Shown here: piece by piece, positions 38,062 to 49,000 of the stretch
Numbering within the stretch: position 1 is the first letter of the stretch
How the letters are laid out: every line of letters starts with the position of its first letter
Source: Thermoanaerobaculia bacterium
GTDB taxonomy: Bacteria; Acidobacteriota; Thermoanaerobaculia; UBA5066
Direction of reading: 5' to 3'
DNA: 64,000 nt
NCBI GenBank assembly: GCA_963719225.1
Contig: CAVRAY010000001.1
Location: 2,368,001-2,432,000, forward strand
The notes under the pieces: generated by a model
Told to the model about the DNA's origin: nothing
Databases searched by the model: none
What the model saw: the letters and a program-made list of their open reading frames with translations, nothing else
Made by a program: the position numbers and the translations under genes

Positions 38062-38535
38062 TCAGGGATTCATGCGCCTCACGGTCTTCACGTCGGCGAA
38101 CCGCTCCGCGACGTGCGGGTCGTAGGGGCGCGCCGCGGAGGCATCGCGGACCCCCCGGTACTCGGTGTTGCATCGATAACAGATGACGATCGGCGCGACG
38201 CGCCGCGCGAGAACGAGATCGACCGCCGCCACGGCCAGCAGCACCGGCACGAACCAGATCCCGCCGAAGCGCCATGACACGGCGAGGGCGACCGCCGCGC
38301 CCGCGGCGAGGATCGCGCAGCCGAGGCGCTGGTCGAAATCCTTCTGGGAGAAGAGAGCGGTGGAAGAACAGCGAGAGCAGACGTCCACCCTCTCTCCGCC
38401 TCGAACGGCGTGCGAGTGGGAAAAGGCGATAGAAGAATGCTTAGAAGGACAAGAGACGGAACCCATAGGCGCGTCGGGGGGCGCGGGCAGCTCGATGCGG
38501 GCGAAGCATTCCGAGCAATAAACGGACACGCGCAC
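38062..38535 (-). CDS. Hypothetical membrane protein with multiple CxxC motifs
   Basis: CSEC, CSRC, CYRC around two TM helices; start (GTG 38535 vs ATG 38580) uncertain. Confidence 0.7.
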   Translation of the reverse strand: MRVSVYCSECFARIELPAPPDAPMGSVSCPSKHSSIAFSHSHAVRGGERVDVCSRCSSTALFSQKDFDQRLGCAILAAGAAVALAVSWRFGGIWFVPVLLAVAAVDLVLARRVAPIVICYRCNTEYRGVRDASAARPYDPHVAERFADVKTVRRMNP

Positions 38536-38672
38536 CTGGTGAGGATACGTGCGCCGCCCCACTGTGCCTCCCTCTCTCATTCACCTTCTAAGAAAATCTT
38601 CTCTTCGATCCCCTCCCTTCTTCTCTTTCTAAGAAGATCTTCTTTTCTTTCTTCTCCTTCTCTCTGTCTCTT
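38435..38672. repeat. Motif cluster at divergent promoter region
   Basis: GAATGCTTAGAAGG (38435) ... CCTTCTAAGAAAATC (38584), CTTTCTAAGAAGATC (38625), long pyrimidine tracts. Confidence 0.8.
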
Positions 38673-38686
38673 ACCATGCGCAGCTC

Positions 38687-39874
38687 ATGGCCATCCGCCC
38701 GATAGACCGCCGCGCCCTCGGCTGGCTCGCCGCCGCCCACGTCGTCAACGACATGAACCAGGGCGCCGTGCCGGCGCTGCTGCCGTTTCTCATCGCCGAG
38801 CGCGGCCTGACGTACGCGGCGGCGGGAGGTGTGGTCCTCGCGGCGACTCTGCTGTCGTCGCTCGTCCAGCCCGTGCTCGGCCACCTCTCCGACCGGCGGC
38901 CGCTGCCCTTCCTCATGCCGCTCGCGGTCCTTGCCGCGGGCTGCGGCCTCGCGCTCGCGGGCGCCGTGACGGGCTACGGCGCGACGATCGCCGCGATCCT
39001 TCTCTCGGGCGCGGGCGTTGCCGCCTTCCATCCCGAGAGCGCGCGCTACGCGAACTACGCCTCGGGCGAGCGTCGGGCCACCGGAATGAGCGTCTTTTCC
39101 GTGGGTGGCAATCTCGGAATCGCGCTCGGGCCGGTCGCGATCGCTCTTCTCGCGGGGTCGGGAGGCGTCGCGCGCATCGTCTGGATGGCTGTTCCGGCGG
39201 GCATCATGGCGGCGCTCCTCGCGCGTGAGCTGCCGCGCCTGCGCGTCCTGCGACCCGAAACCTCGCGCTCGCGCGCCCGCGACGACGCGGCGGCCCCGCG
39301 ATGGGGAGCCTTCACCCGGCTCTCCGTCGTGATCGCGGTTCGCTCGCTCTTCGCCTTCGGGCTCGTTTCGTTCGTCCCTCTCTATCTCGTGAAGGTCCGC
39401 GGGATTCCAAAAGAACGGGCCGCTCTCGCCGTGACCGCGATGCTTCTCGCCGGCGCCGTCGCGACGCTGGCGGGAGGCCGCCTCGCGGACCGCTTTGGGC
39501 GCCGCGCGGTCCTCGTCGGCGCGCTCTTGCCGCTGGCTCCGCTCCTCGCCCTTTTTCTCCGTGCCCCGGGGATTGCCGGTCTCGCGATTCTCGTGCTCAT
39601 CGGCGCAGGCACCGTGGCGACGTACAGCGTGGCCGTCGTGATGGGACAGGAGTACCTGCCGGGCCGCGAAGGCATCGCCGGGGGCGTCACGATGGGGCTC
39701 GCGATCGGCGTCGGAGGCGCGGGAGTTCCGCTTCTCGGAGCGCTCGCCGATCATCAGGGCGTCGCTTCGGTCTTCCCCGTTCTGGCGGCCCTGCCCCTCG
39801 TCGCCGCGGCGCTCTCGCTCACGCTCCCGGGGCCGCAGCCTGCGCTCAAACGGGAAGTCCCGAACGCCGCGTGA
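38687..39874 (+). CDS. MFS transporter (Fsr/fosmidomycin-resistance-like)
   Basis: HVVNDM, QPVLGHLSDR, AAFHPE, FSVGGNLG, GRLADRFGRR. Confidence 0.9.
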   Translation: MAIRPIDRRALGWLAAAHVVNDMNQGAVPALLPFLIAERGLTYAAAGGVVLAATLLSSLVQPVLGHLSDRRPLPFLMPLAVLAAGCGLALAGAVTGYGATIAAILLSGAGVAAFHPESARYANYASGERRATGMSVFSVGGNLGIALGPVAIALLAGSGGVARIVWMAVPAGIMAALLARELPRLRVLRPETSRSRARDDAAAPRWGAFTRLSVVIAVRSLFAFGLVSFVPLYLVKVRGIPKERAALAVTAMLLAGAVATLAGGRLADRFGRRAVLVGALLPLAPLLALFLRAPGIAGLAILVLIGAGTVATYSVAVVMGQEYLPGREGIAGGVTMGLAIGVGGAGVPLLGALADHQGVASVFPVLAALPLVAAALSLTLPGPQPALKREVPNAA

Positions 39875-40730
39875 GGTACGCGGCGAGGAGCTCGCCGACG
39901 AGGACGAACACGAGCCCCACGTAGAGGAGGCCCGTCGCCGCCTGATTCGACTTCATGCGCGCGGTCCTCACGACGAAAGGCGCGAGGACGAGCGGCGCGA
40001 GGAGTCCCCAGGTCACGCGCGACCAGAAGAAGAAACCGTCCCGCATGGGGTCGACCAGGCTCGCGAAGGCTTCGTTCGCCGGGCCTGCGTGAAGGCGCGC
40101 GGCCCAGCCGAGCGCGAGGAGCGCGAAGGCCACCCGCGCGAGCACCAGGAGAGCGAAGACCTCGGTTGCGCGCACGAGGAGGCCGAACGGCAACGACGTC
40201 GAGACGAGGTACCAGTGTCCGAGGTTCATGGCCCAGACGACGGCGCCGAAGAGCAGCGCGCCGAGGAGAAGCCCGGTGGCGAGCCACACGGGCCCGAGGC
40301 CGGGGAGGGAAACGAACGGCTCCACCCACACGCGCGAGAGCAGAAGGGCGAGGGACGAGAGAACGGAGACGAAGAGAAGATTCTTAGAAAGGGTAAGAGA
40401 GCGGGCGGAACGCAGGCGCGCGCAAAGCGTCGCCGCGCCAGCGGTCAGAACGGCCGCGAGGAGAAGGGATCTCGGCGCGAGCATCATCGAAAGCGCGCCG
40501 CCGTCTCGCGCTGCGCCGCCCGCGGCAGCGGCGCCGGCCTCACTCCCCCTTCTAAGAAGAAAACCACCTCTACCCGAAACGAGCCATGACAGGGAGAGGC
40601 ACGCCGTGACGATTCCGCCGTGCAAAGCGAAGAATCCCCCCGAGAGATCCTTCGAGGACGACAGAAGGGTGCATGCGGCCAGCCCCGCCGCGAGCTGCAG
40701 CAGCACCAGCGCGAGGACGTCGGCGACCAC
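39846..40730 (-). CDS. Hypothetical integral membrane protein
   Basis: Multiple TM helices, AMNLGHWYL and SNQAATGLLY motifs; GTG start 6 nt after TACACT. Confidence 0.75.
   Translation of the reverse strand: MVADVLALVLLQLAAGLAACTLLSSSKDLSGGFFALHGGIVTACLSLSWLVSGRGGFLLRRGSEAGAAAAGGAARDGGALSMMLAPRSLLLAAVLTAGAATLCARLRSARSLTLSKNLLFVSVLSSLALLLSRVWVEPFVSLPGLGPVWLATGLLLGALLFGAVVWAMNLGHWYLVSTSLPFGLLVRATEVFALLVLARVAFALLALGWAARLHAGPANEAFASLVDPMRDGFFFWSRVTWGLLAPLVLAPFVVRTARMKSNQAATGLLYVGLVFVLVGELLAAYLTRRSGLPV
40378..40561. repeat. Inverted pair of AT-rich motif inside the membrane protein gene
   Basis: AGATTCTTAGAAAG (40378) ... CCTTCTAAGAAGAA (40548). Confidence 0.75.
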
Positions 40731-40767
40731 GCGCGCAGTGTAGCGGCTGTTGCGGTGGAGCGAATCG

Positions 40768-41532
40768 TCAGGCGGGGCTGACGGCCGGCGGATTCTCGGC
40801 GGGACCTTCGAGCGCCTGTCTCTTCGCTCTCGCCACGAGCTCGGCGCGGCTCGAGTCGTTCGGCCGGTCGTCCGAGATGCGGCCATCGCGGATCCGGATG
40901 ATGCGCCGCGCGTGAGCCGCGATGTCCTCCTCGTGGGTCACGACGATGATCGCGTTTCCCTGCTCGTTCAGCTCCCGGAAGAGGCGCATGATCTCCTCTC
41001 CCGTCTCCGAATCGAGATTTCCGGTCGGCTCGTCCCCGAGGAGGAGCGACGGGCCGGTCACGAGAGCGCGCGCGATCGCGACACGCTGCCTTTGGCCGCC
41101 CGAGAGCTCGTTCGGCTTGTGATGCGCGCGATCGGAGAGACCGACGTGGGCGAGCGCTTTCTCCGCGCGGTCGCGGCGCTCTTTCTTCGAGACGCCCGAG
41201 TAAACGAGCGGCAGCTCCACCTGGGCGAGCGCGCTCGTGCGAGCCAGGAGATTGAACGTCTGGAAGACGAACCCGATCTCCCGGTTGCGGATGCGAGCGA
41301 GCCCGTCGTCGGTCATCTCCTGCACCGGCGCCCCGTTCAGCCTGTAAATGCCGCCCGTGGGCGTGTCGAGACACCCGATCAGGTTCATGAGCGTGGACTT
41401 GCCGGATCCCGACGGGCCCATGATCGCGACGTACTCGCCGCGGTCGATCGAGAACGTGACGCCCCGCAGCGCGCGCACCTTCTCCTCGCCCACCGTGTAC
41501 GTCTTCTCGATGTCGACCATCTCGATCAGCAT
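40768..41532 (-). CDS. ABC transporter ATP-binding protein (LolD/MacB type)
   Basis: [35 protein letters not shown]. Confidence 0.93.
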   Translation of the reverse strand: MLIEMVDIEKTYTVGEEKVRALRGVTFSIDRGEYVAIMGPSGSGKSTLMNLIGCLDTPTGGIYRLNGAPVQEMTDDGLARIRNREIGFVFQTFNLLARTSALAQVELPLVYSGVSKKERRDRAEKALAHVGLSDRAHHKPNELSGGQRQRVAIARALVTGPSLLLGDEPTGNLDSETGEEIMRLFRELNEQGNAIIVVTHEEDIAAHARRIIRIRDGRISDDRPNDSSRAELVARAKRQALEGPAENPPAVSPA

Positions 41533-41539
41533 GGCCGCC

Positions 41540-42289
41540 TCAGCCGAACACCGCGCGCCACCCGACCTTGCCGATCACGTAGACGAGCCAGAGAACGATC
41601 GGCGTCGCCGTGGCGGCGCCCTTCGAGAGGCCCGGGAGGCGGCGGAAGCCGAGCACGAGAAGGGTGAGCGCATACAGCGAAAAGACGTCGAGCGACCCGG
41701 CGAGCGCGAGGAGCGGAGCCGGCGTGGAGGGGTCCAGGAATGCACCCACGTTCGACTTGACGACCTGGGCGATCCCCTCCTGCGTCAAGGAGGCGTCGGG
41801 AAGCTGCAGAAAAATGGGAATTGCGACGAGCGCCCCGACGAGGTTCGGGAGGTACGCGTGACCCCAGATCGAAAGCAGCTGCGTGTAACGCGCGTCGGCC
41901 CCCATCGCCTTTGCCGAACCCCAGAGGACGAGGCCCGGCAAAAAGAAGAAGATCGCGCTTCCCGCGAGGGCGAAGCCGAAGAACAGCGGCATCATCTTCT
42001 TGGACACTTCCACCTGCCGGTTGATGGCCTCGGGTGGGATCGTCCGTCCGCTCTTCTCGGCCCGCTTCTCGATGGACTCGCGAATCGTGCGGTCCATGTC
42101 CATCTTGGGAGCCACGACGAGCCACGAAACCGTGGTGGCCGCGAGGATCAGAACGAGAGGCAGCCACCAGGTCGGCCGTGCGACGAGCCGCCGAAAGGTC
42201 TCGGAGGGACGCGAAAACGTACCGACGACCGCGGAGACGGGCGAGATCGGGGCCTCGGCCGGGGGAATAGCCGGGGACGCTGCGCTCAC
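41540..42289 (-). CDS. Yip1 family membrane protein
   Basis: [16 protein letters not shown], about five TM helices; GTG overlaps the tolC-family stop. Confidence 0.8.
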   Translation of the reverse strand: MSAASPAIPPAEAPISPVSAVVGTFSRPSETFRRLVARPTWWLPLVLILAATTVSWLVVAPKMDMDRTIRESIEKRAEKSGRTIPPEAINRQVEVSKKMMPLFFGFALAGSAIFFFLPGLVLWGSAKAMGADARYTQLLSIWGHAYLPNLVGALVAIPIFLQLPDASLTQEGIAQVVKSNVGAFLDPSTPAPLLALAGSLDVFSLYALTLLVLGFRRLPGLSKGAATATPIVLWLVYVIGKVGWRAVFG

Positions 42290-43968
42290 TTGGTCGATCC
42301 TTCCTCGGCCGGGGCCGGGGCCGTGGAGACGACGAGCCCCTCGAGAACGACGTTGTTGACCTCGAGGATATCCCCAACCGCCTTGTGCCAGCCCGAGATG
42401 TTCTTCAGGTACGTCGCGATCGTCTGGAGCTCGGTCGTGATCGCCGACGTGAGGTCGTTCTGGATCTGCGCGACCTGGAAGGAGGTCGTCATTCCGTTCT
42501 CGTACTTCTTCTTCTCGGCGTCGAGGTTCCGCTCGGCCAGCTCGCGGGCCTTCGTGGCGGCGGCGACGCTTCGGTAGGCCGTGTCGATCGCGCGCGCCGC
42601 CGCCCGGACCTCCACCTGCAGGTTGGCCTTCGTGATCGCGAAGTTCGTGCGGGCCAGCTCGAGATCGGCGTTCGCGATGGCGTCGTTTCCGCGCGCGACG
42701 TTGTTGCCGATCGGCATGACGAACGTGAGGCCCAGCGTCCAGGCCGGGTAGGTCCTGTGCACGATGTCCTGCAGGGCGTCGCCGTAGTTGAACTGGGTCA
42801 GCGTCCCGTCGGGACTCTCGACGAGCGCCTGGGCCCCGAGCCCGTTGAAGCCGTAGCTGCCCGAGAGATCGAGGCGCGGCCTGAGCTGGTTTCTCGTGTA
42901 AGCGCGGGTGACCTTCTTCGACTCGATCGTCAGCAGCGCCTGCCGGACCTCGGGCCGGGTCTCGAGCGCCCGCTTGAAGCCCACGTTCACGTCCGCGTGA
43001 AAGCCTTCGCGGAGGGACTCCCGCGTCGGACGGTCCGTGGGCACGATGGGCCGGCTCCAGTCGGGAATCGACTGCACGTTCAGGAGGCGGCGCAGCCGGT
43101 CCTGGGCGTCGCCGATCAGGCCTTCCGCCGTGATGATGTCCTGCTCCCGCTGCGCGATCGTGACCTCGGTCTGCACGATGTCGATCGGAGCGAGAGCGCC
43201 GACGTCGATCTTGATCTTCGTGATGCGGTTGAGGTCCTTCGCGCGGTCGAGGGCTTCCTGCTTGGCGCGCAGGTTCTCGACGGCATAGACGAGGTCCCAG
43301 TAAGCGACCTCGGAAAGCTGGATCGCCGACTGGACGGCGCGCACGAAGTCGAAGGAGGAGGAGTCGCGCGTGATTCTCGCCTGCACGACGAAGCGAAGGT
43401 TGGCGGCCGGACCGAAGTTCCTGAGAAGGGGCTGCGTGACGCTCGCCGTGAGCCCGCTCGTGTACGTGGGGTTGATGGTCGTGAAGCCCGGGATCGTCTG
43501 GTCGAGCCGCCGGTTCGTCCAGCCGAGGCTGTACGACGTTCCGAGGGGCAGGAGGCCGCCGAACGTGAAGTTGCCGCTCGCCGTCTTCGTCTCGGCCGAC
43601 TGGAGGCGCGAGGCCGTCGCGCTCTGCGTGCTCGTCGCGGCGAGGTCGAGCTCGACGAACGGGTCGAATGCGCCCTTCGCCGACTGGATGCCGAACCTCG
43701 ATTCCTCGAGGTTGTAGGACGCGACGTCGAGGTCCAGCACGTTCTGGAGCGTGAGGGCGATCGTCTGCTTGAGGGACAGCTCGATCTTCTCGCCCGAGGG
43801 CAGGGGCACCTCGCGGCGCGCCTTCGCGCTGATGGGCACCGTCACGGTGTCGTCCGCACGTGCGGGAAGAACGGCCAGGGCCGTGACGAAGCCCGCGACC
43901 AGGACCGCCACGAGGCAAGAGCGCACCCCGTGCGAGCGCGCAAGGTTCGAGGAACGGTCACGAGTCAC
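42286..43968 (-). CDS. TolC family outer membrane efflux protein
   Basis: Signal peptide, LSLKQTIALTLQN, TQPLLRN, AYWDL, EKKKYENG. Confidence 0.88.
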   Translation of the reverse strand: MTRDRSSNLARSHGVRSCLVAVLVAGFVTALAVLPARADDTVTVPISAKARREVPLPSGEKIELSLKQTIALTLQNVLDLDVASYNLEESRFGIQSAKGAFDPFVELDLAATSTQSATASRLQSAETKTASGNFTFGGLLPLGTSYSLGWTNRRLDQTIPGFTTINPTYTSGLTASVTQPLLRNFGPAANLRFVVQARITRDSSSFDFVRAVQSAIQLSEVAYWDLVYAVENLRAKQEALDRAKDLNRITKIKIDVGALAPIDIVQTEVTIAQREQDIITAEGLIGDAQDRLRRLLNVQSIPDWSRPIVPTDRPTRESLREGFHADVNVGFKRALETRPEVRQALLTIESKKVTRAYTRNQLRPRLDLSGSYGFNGLGAQALVESPDGTLTQFNYGDALQDIVHRTYPAWTLGLTFVMPIGNNVARGNDAIANADLELARTNFAITKANLQVEVRAAARAIDTAYRSVAAATKARELAERNLDAEKKKYENGMTTSFQVAQIQNDLTSAITTELQTIATYLKNISGWHKAVGDILEVNNVVLEGLVVSTAPAPAEEGSTK

Positions 43969-44059
43969 GAAAACCTCCTGAAACTAAAAGTGATGATAGG
44001 GGAAGAGCATCGCTCAAGAGTACGGATGCGGGGCGAAAAAGTTTCCCGCAGATCCCTCT

Positions 44060-45040
44060 TCAATCGGTCCCGAGCGGCGCGTGGCAGGCGAAGCTTCTCC
44101 CGCTTGCCGCCAGGTCCGAAACGAAGGGCGGCATTTTCTGGGCGCAGATCGGCCGGGCGGACGCGCAGCGCGGGTGAAACGGGCAGCCGGGGGGCGGGAT
44201 GGCGCTCGAGGGAGGTTCCGTCGACGCGGTCGGTCGCGAAGGGCGCGCCCCGGGTGCCTCTCGGGGCCGGGAGGCCAGAAGGAGAGCGGTATAGGGGTGG
44301 CGAGGTGAGGAAAACAGGACGGACGTCGGCGCTTCCTCGACGATGTGACCCATGTACATCACCGCGGTGCGGTCGGCGATCCACCTCACGACCGAGAGAT
44401 CGTGCCCGATGAAGAGGTAGGCCGGGCGCGAAGAGGTGTCCCGCTGAAGATCCCGGAGGAGGTTGAGAATCTGCGAACGGACGGACATGTCGAGCGCCGA
44501 AACCGGTTCGTCGAGCACGACGAGCCGGGGTTCCGTGGCGAGGGCGCGCGCGATCGCGACGCGTTGCCTTTGTCCGCCGGAAAGCTCGCGTGGGAGCCGC
44601 GTGAGTGCCGAAACGGGCAGCTCCACCGAGGCGACGAGCGCGGCCGTGCGCGCTCGCCGCTTGGCCCGCCCGCCGATTCGGTGAATCGCGAGAGGCTCAC
44701 CCACGATCTCACCGACCGTCAGCCGCGGATCGAGCGACGTCGCGGGATCCTGAAAGACGACGCCCACTTCGCGGCGCCGGCGGTTCAGCTCCCGGACCGG
44801 TAGCGCGAGCCAGTCGCTCCCGTCGAAAAGGACGGTCCCTCGGTCCGGCGACGCAAGACGCAGGACGACGCGCGCGGCGGTCGTCTTACCGGAGCCCGAC
44901 TCCCCGACGAGGGCGAGCGTGGAACCGGCGGCGAGGTCGAAGCCGACGCCGTGGAGGGCCGTGACCGGACCCGCGGCCGAGTGGAACGTCTTGTGAAGGT
45001 CGCGAACCGAAAGGAGCGCCGCCGGCTGACTCGCGCTCAT
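44060..45040 (-). CDS. Oligopeptide/dipeptide ABC transporter ATP-binding protein (OppF-like)
   Basis: [36 protein letters not shown]. Confidence 0.9.
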   Translation of the reverse strand: MSASQPAALLSVRDLHKTFHSAAGPVTALHGVGFDLAAGSTLALVGESGSGKTTAARVVLRLASPDRGTVLFDGSDWLALPVRELNRRRREVGVVFQDPATSLDPRLTVGEIVGEPLAIHRIGGRAKRRARTAALVASVELPVSALTRLPRELSGGQRQRVAIARALATEPRLVVLDEPVSALDMSVRSQILNLLRDLQRDTSSRPAYLFIGHDLSVVRWIADRTAVMYMGHIVEEAPTSVLFSSPRHPYTALLLASRPREAPGARPSRPTASTEPPSSAIPPPGCPFHPRCASARPICAQKMPPFVSDLAASGRSFACHAPLGTD

Positions 45041-46041
45041 GGGACTCGTTCTTCCGGCGCGCCGTCGAAGAGGAAACAAGCGGCCTCGGTGCCGGGGCCG
45101 GCGGGCACGAGGATCGGTCGCGCCGCCGCGCAGCGCCCGAACGCTTCTCCACACCGCGGCTCGAACGCGCAGCCCGGCGGCCTCCTGCCAGGCTCGGGGA
45201 CCGCGCCGCGAAGGGCGGAGAGACGTGCGGCATCCGGAGGTTGGAATCCCGGACGCGCGCCGAGAAGGGCCTGCGTGTAGGGATGGCGGGGATGCGCGAA
45301 GAGCTCCAGAACGGGCGCGCTCTCCACGATTTCGCCCGCGTACATCACGAGGACGCGGTCCGCGGCCTCGGCCACGACACCGAGGTCGTGGGTGACGAGG
45401 AGGACCGCCAGGGAGAGCTCGGTCTTCAGGTCGAGAAGGAGGTCGAGGACCTGCGCCTGAACCGTTACGTCGAGCGCCGCCGTCGGCTCGTCGGCGACGA
45501 GAAGGCGCGGACCTCCGGCGAGGGCGAGGGCGAGAAGAGCGCGTTGACGCATCCCGCCCGAAAGCTGGTGTGGAAACGCCTTCCTCTGCCTTTCGGGATC
45601 GGGGAGCGACACGCGTGCGAGCCAGCGTTCGGCCTCGATCCCGGCCGCCTTTCGGGACAGGCCGCGATGCCTCTCGATCACGTCCGTCAGCTCCCGGCCG
45701 ATCGTCCGCACCGGGTCGAGCGCGGTGGCGGGCTCCTGGAAGACGAGGCCGATCGAGCCTCCGCGCAGGCGCTCCTTGTCCCTCGCCGGCAGGGCCCGCA
45801 TGTCGCGGCCCGCGAAAAAGACCTCTCCCGAAACCAGGCGCACCGGAGGCGGCACGAGATCCAGGAGCGCGAGCGACGTCAGCGTCTTGCCGCATCCGGA
45901 CTCTCCGACGAGCGCGACGATCTCGCCGGGCTCGATGTCGAAGGAAACTCCATCCACCGCGGGAGCCTCGCCACCGGCGGGACCCGGCACCGCGATCGTG
46001 AGGGCACGGACCGAGAGGAGCGGGGCGGCGGCACCGGACAC
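45037..46041 (-). CDS. Oligopeptide/dipeptide ABC transporter ATP-binding protein (OppD-like)
   Basis: GESGCGKT, PHQLSGGMRQR, DEPTAALD, HPYT, GCAFEPRC; GTG start inferred. Confidence 0.9.
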   Translation of the reverse strand: MSGAAAPLLSVRALTIAVPGPAGGEAPAVDGVSFDIEPGEIVALVGESGCGKTLTSLALLDLVPPPVRLVSGEVFFAGRDMRALPARDKERLRGGSIGLVFQEPATALDPVRTIGRELTDVIERHRGLSRKAAGIEAERWLARVSLPDPERQRKAFPHQLSGGMRQRALLALALAGGPRLLVADEPTAALDVTVQAQVLDLLLDLKTELSLAVLLVTHDLGVVAEAADRVLVMYAGEIVESAPVLELFAHPRHPYTQALLGARPGFQPPDAARLSALRGAVPEPGRRPPGCAFEPRCGEAFGRCAAARPILVPAGPGTEAACFLFDGAPEERVP

Positions 46042-46069
46042 GGCGGGTCTCAGCGGAGGCGGCCGCGGC

Positions 46070-49000
46070 TCAAGCGGGTGCGAGCTCCTTGAGCCGCTCA
46101 CCGACGTCACGGAACGAAGCGTTCGAACCGTAGATCTCCAGGAACGTCCGGTACGCGTTCTCGCGATCTCCGAGGTCCGCATAGAGGTTCGCGAGGTCGT
46201 ACTGCAGGCCCATGCGATCCTCCTCGCGGATTCCCGTCGTGTCGAGACCCTTGCGATACCACTTGATCGCAAGCTGGGGAAGTCCCTTCTCGAGGAAGCA
46301 AAGTCCGAGCATCGAGCAGCATTCCACGGCGTACTGCGGGCTCTTGGCGGCTTTCTGAAACTCGCTGATGGCTTCGTCGGTGAGCGACATCTCCTTGTAG
46401 GCGATGCCGAGGTTGTAGTGCGTCTCGTAGTCCTCGGGCGAAAGCTGCTGCTCGACGCCTTTCTTGAACTCGCGAAAGATCTCCTCCAGCGGAACGTCGC
46501 CGCTGACCTCGGGAACGGCCGCCGCTCCGGCTTCCTGCCGCATCTCCGTCTGGAGCTCGCCCGCGAAGTTGAAGAACTCCTGCTCGTCGGAGAAGAGGGA
46601 GGACTCGTCCAGCGGCGGCCCGGCCGGAACTGGCACGGGAGTCGCGGGAGGTGCGCCCTCGGCGCCGCGTGCCATTTCGTCGGTCAGAGCCTTGCCCAGC
46701 TCCGCGTCGAGAACCGACTCGAAGTCTTCCGAGAGGATGTCCCGGAGCGCCGGGCGCGCGTCTTCACCCGCTCCCCCTTCGAGTCGCGTCCGTCGCCTCG
46801 CGAGCTGCGGATGCCCCGGGAAAAGCCGCTCGAGAGTCTGAAGTCGCTCCGACGCGTCCACCACCATCCCCTGCTCGAGGCAGAAATCGATCTCGAGAAG
46901 CTCGTCGGCCGGAGGCTCCGTGGCTGCGACGGCGGGCTCGGCCCGCCCGGCGGGCGCCGGAGGAGGAGGAGCGGCCGCGGATGCGGGCTCTTTCGAAGGC
47001 CTCGCGCGCGGAAGCGTGTCCCTGAGGGCCGCCGGAAGGCCCGGATGGGACTCGCTCGCCTCCCCCATTTCGGTGCTCGTGCGCTCGACGAGCAGCGCGT
47101 CGATGGCCGAGACGCGATCGTCGCGGCCTTCGGTTCGGTAAAGACTCTTGAGTTGCTCGGCCTCCGCGATCGCCACGTTCTTTCGTCCGCCTTCGAGCGC
47201 GAGCTCGAAGAGCTTCTCGCGCAGGGGAAGCGTGTCCGGCGCGTTCTTCAGAACCCCCCTGAGGTGCTCGACGGCCTTGTCGTAAAGACCGTACTTCCGG
47301 AAGACGTCCGCCTCGGCAAGCGCGGATTCGATCGCGTCAGGCGCCAGCACCTCTTCCACGGCGGTTTCCGCTTCCACGGCGGTTTCCGCTTCCACGGCGG
47401 TCTCCGCCTCCGCGGCGGTTGCGGGCTGCTCGACGGCCGAAAGCGGCTCGCCCGAGAGCTCGATCGACTCCCCTTCGACGGGAATCGAGGCGGGCTCTAC
47501 CGACACTTCGAACTCGTCGGCCGGCAGCGCCGTCTCGACCTCGAGATCGGTCTCGCGTGGCGCCGGGCGCGGCGCTTCGGACCAGTCGGAGATCCCCTCC
47601 TCGCTCGACGGTGCGAAGGACGGCTCCCCAACGGGCTCGACCTCGACCTCCAGCGCGGCTTCCACCTCTTCCTCCTGCGCGGGCCCAAGCGGCTTGATGG
47701 GAGGGAGCGGCGCGAGGGGCGGAGCCACCGGACCCGGGGCGGAAGGCTGGGGAAACGAGGGCATGGACTGCGAGAGACGGCGGACGGCGTTCGGAACCGG
47801 CCCCGTCGAGCCGGGCTCGTGGACGAGCTGATCGTCCTCGAACTCGAGGATGAATTCCCCTTCGGCCGCTACGGCGGGCGGCGGCGCCGAAGCGAAGGAT
47901 GGAGGAGGGGGAATCGGGGCTTCCGGCTCGACCGGAAGACGCCGCTGTGCGCTCATTTCGGACGAGGGTCGCGGCCTTTTTCCGCTCGTCTCGAGCGGCG
48001 GGACGACGGGAATCGCGGGCTGGGAACGAGAACCTGCCCGCTCGACTTCCTGGCGCGGGGCCGGAGGCTCGAGCTGGGCCAGCCGCGTGCGGTACTCCGC
48101 GGAATCCGGCACGAGCAGCATCAGGGCGCGCAGGCCGGTCGCCGCGTCTCCGATCCGGCCCTGGGATTTGTGCGCGTCGACGAGGGCGGATCGCCAGCGA
48201 ATCACCGTCTGTGTGTCGCCGGCCGCCTCCGCGACCTGGATGACGCGCAAGAGCACGTCTTCCCGGCCGGGATTCGATTCGGCGAGGGGGGCCAGGATCG
48301 AGAGGGCCTTTTTCGCCTCGCCCCGGCGCATCGCCTGATCGGCGAGAACGGCCGCCGCCTCGAACGACAACGTGGTCGTGCCGCCCGCCTGCTGGACCTT
48401 GAGCGCGACCGCGAGAACCTCGGCGGCCGCAGACTCGATCGACTGCGCCTTTCCGACCCATTCCTGCGCCTCGCGGACGTCGTTCTCCGCGAGCGCGGCT
48501 TCGGCCGAGAGCAGGAACAGCGGGACGGACCGCGGCGTCGTTTCCAGCGCCCGGCGCAACGCGACGCGGGCGTCGTGCGCGCGCCCGGACTCCACGAGGA
48601 TCGGGACGAACGCGCGCAGGATCTCGGCGTTGTCCGGCGACATCTGGAGCGCCTTCTCGTAAACCTGGATCGACTCGTCGAGAGCGCCGCGCTCGCGCAG
48701 GAGGCCCGCGACGACCGCGTACTCCTTGAGGGCGTCGATCTTGCGGCGCGCCTGCGAGTAGAGGTCCGCCAGCTTGACGTGCAGCTGGATGTTCGGCGGG
48801 TCCGTCTGCACCATCTTCTGGTAGATCCCGATGGCGGCCACGGGGTTGTCGTTCTTCGCGTGGTAATCCGCGAGGACCTGGTACTGGCTCTTCGCTTCCG
48901 TCGTGAGACCCTGCTTCGCGTAGAGCTCGGCAAGCCTCTCGTAGACGTCGAGGCGGGAAGGGTCCAGCCGGTTTATCTTCTTGTAGATCGCGATGCCCCG

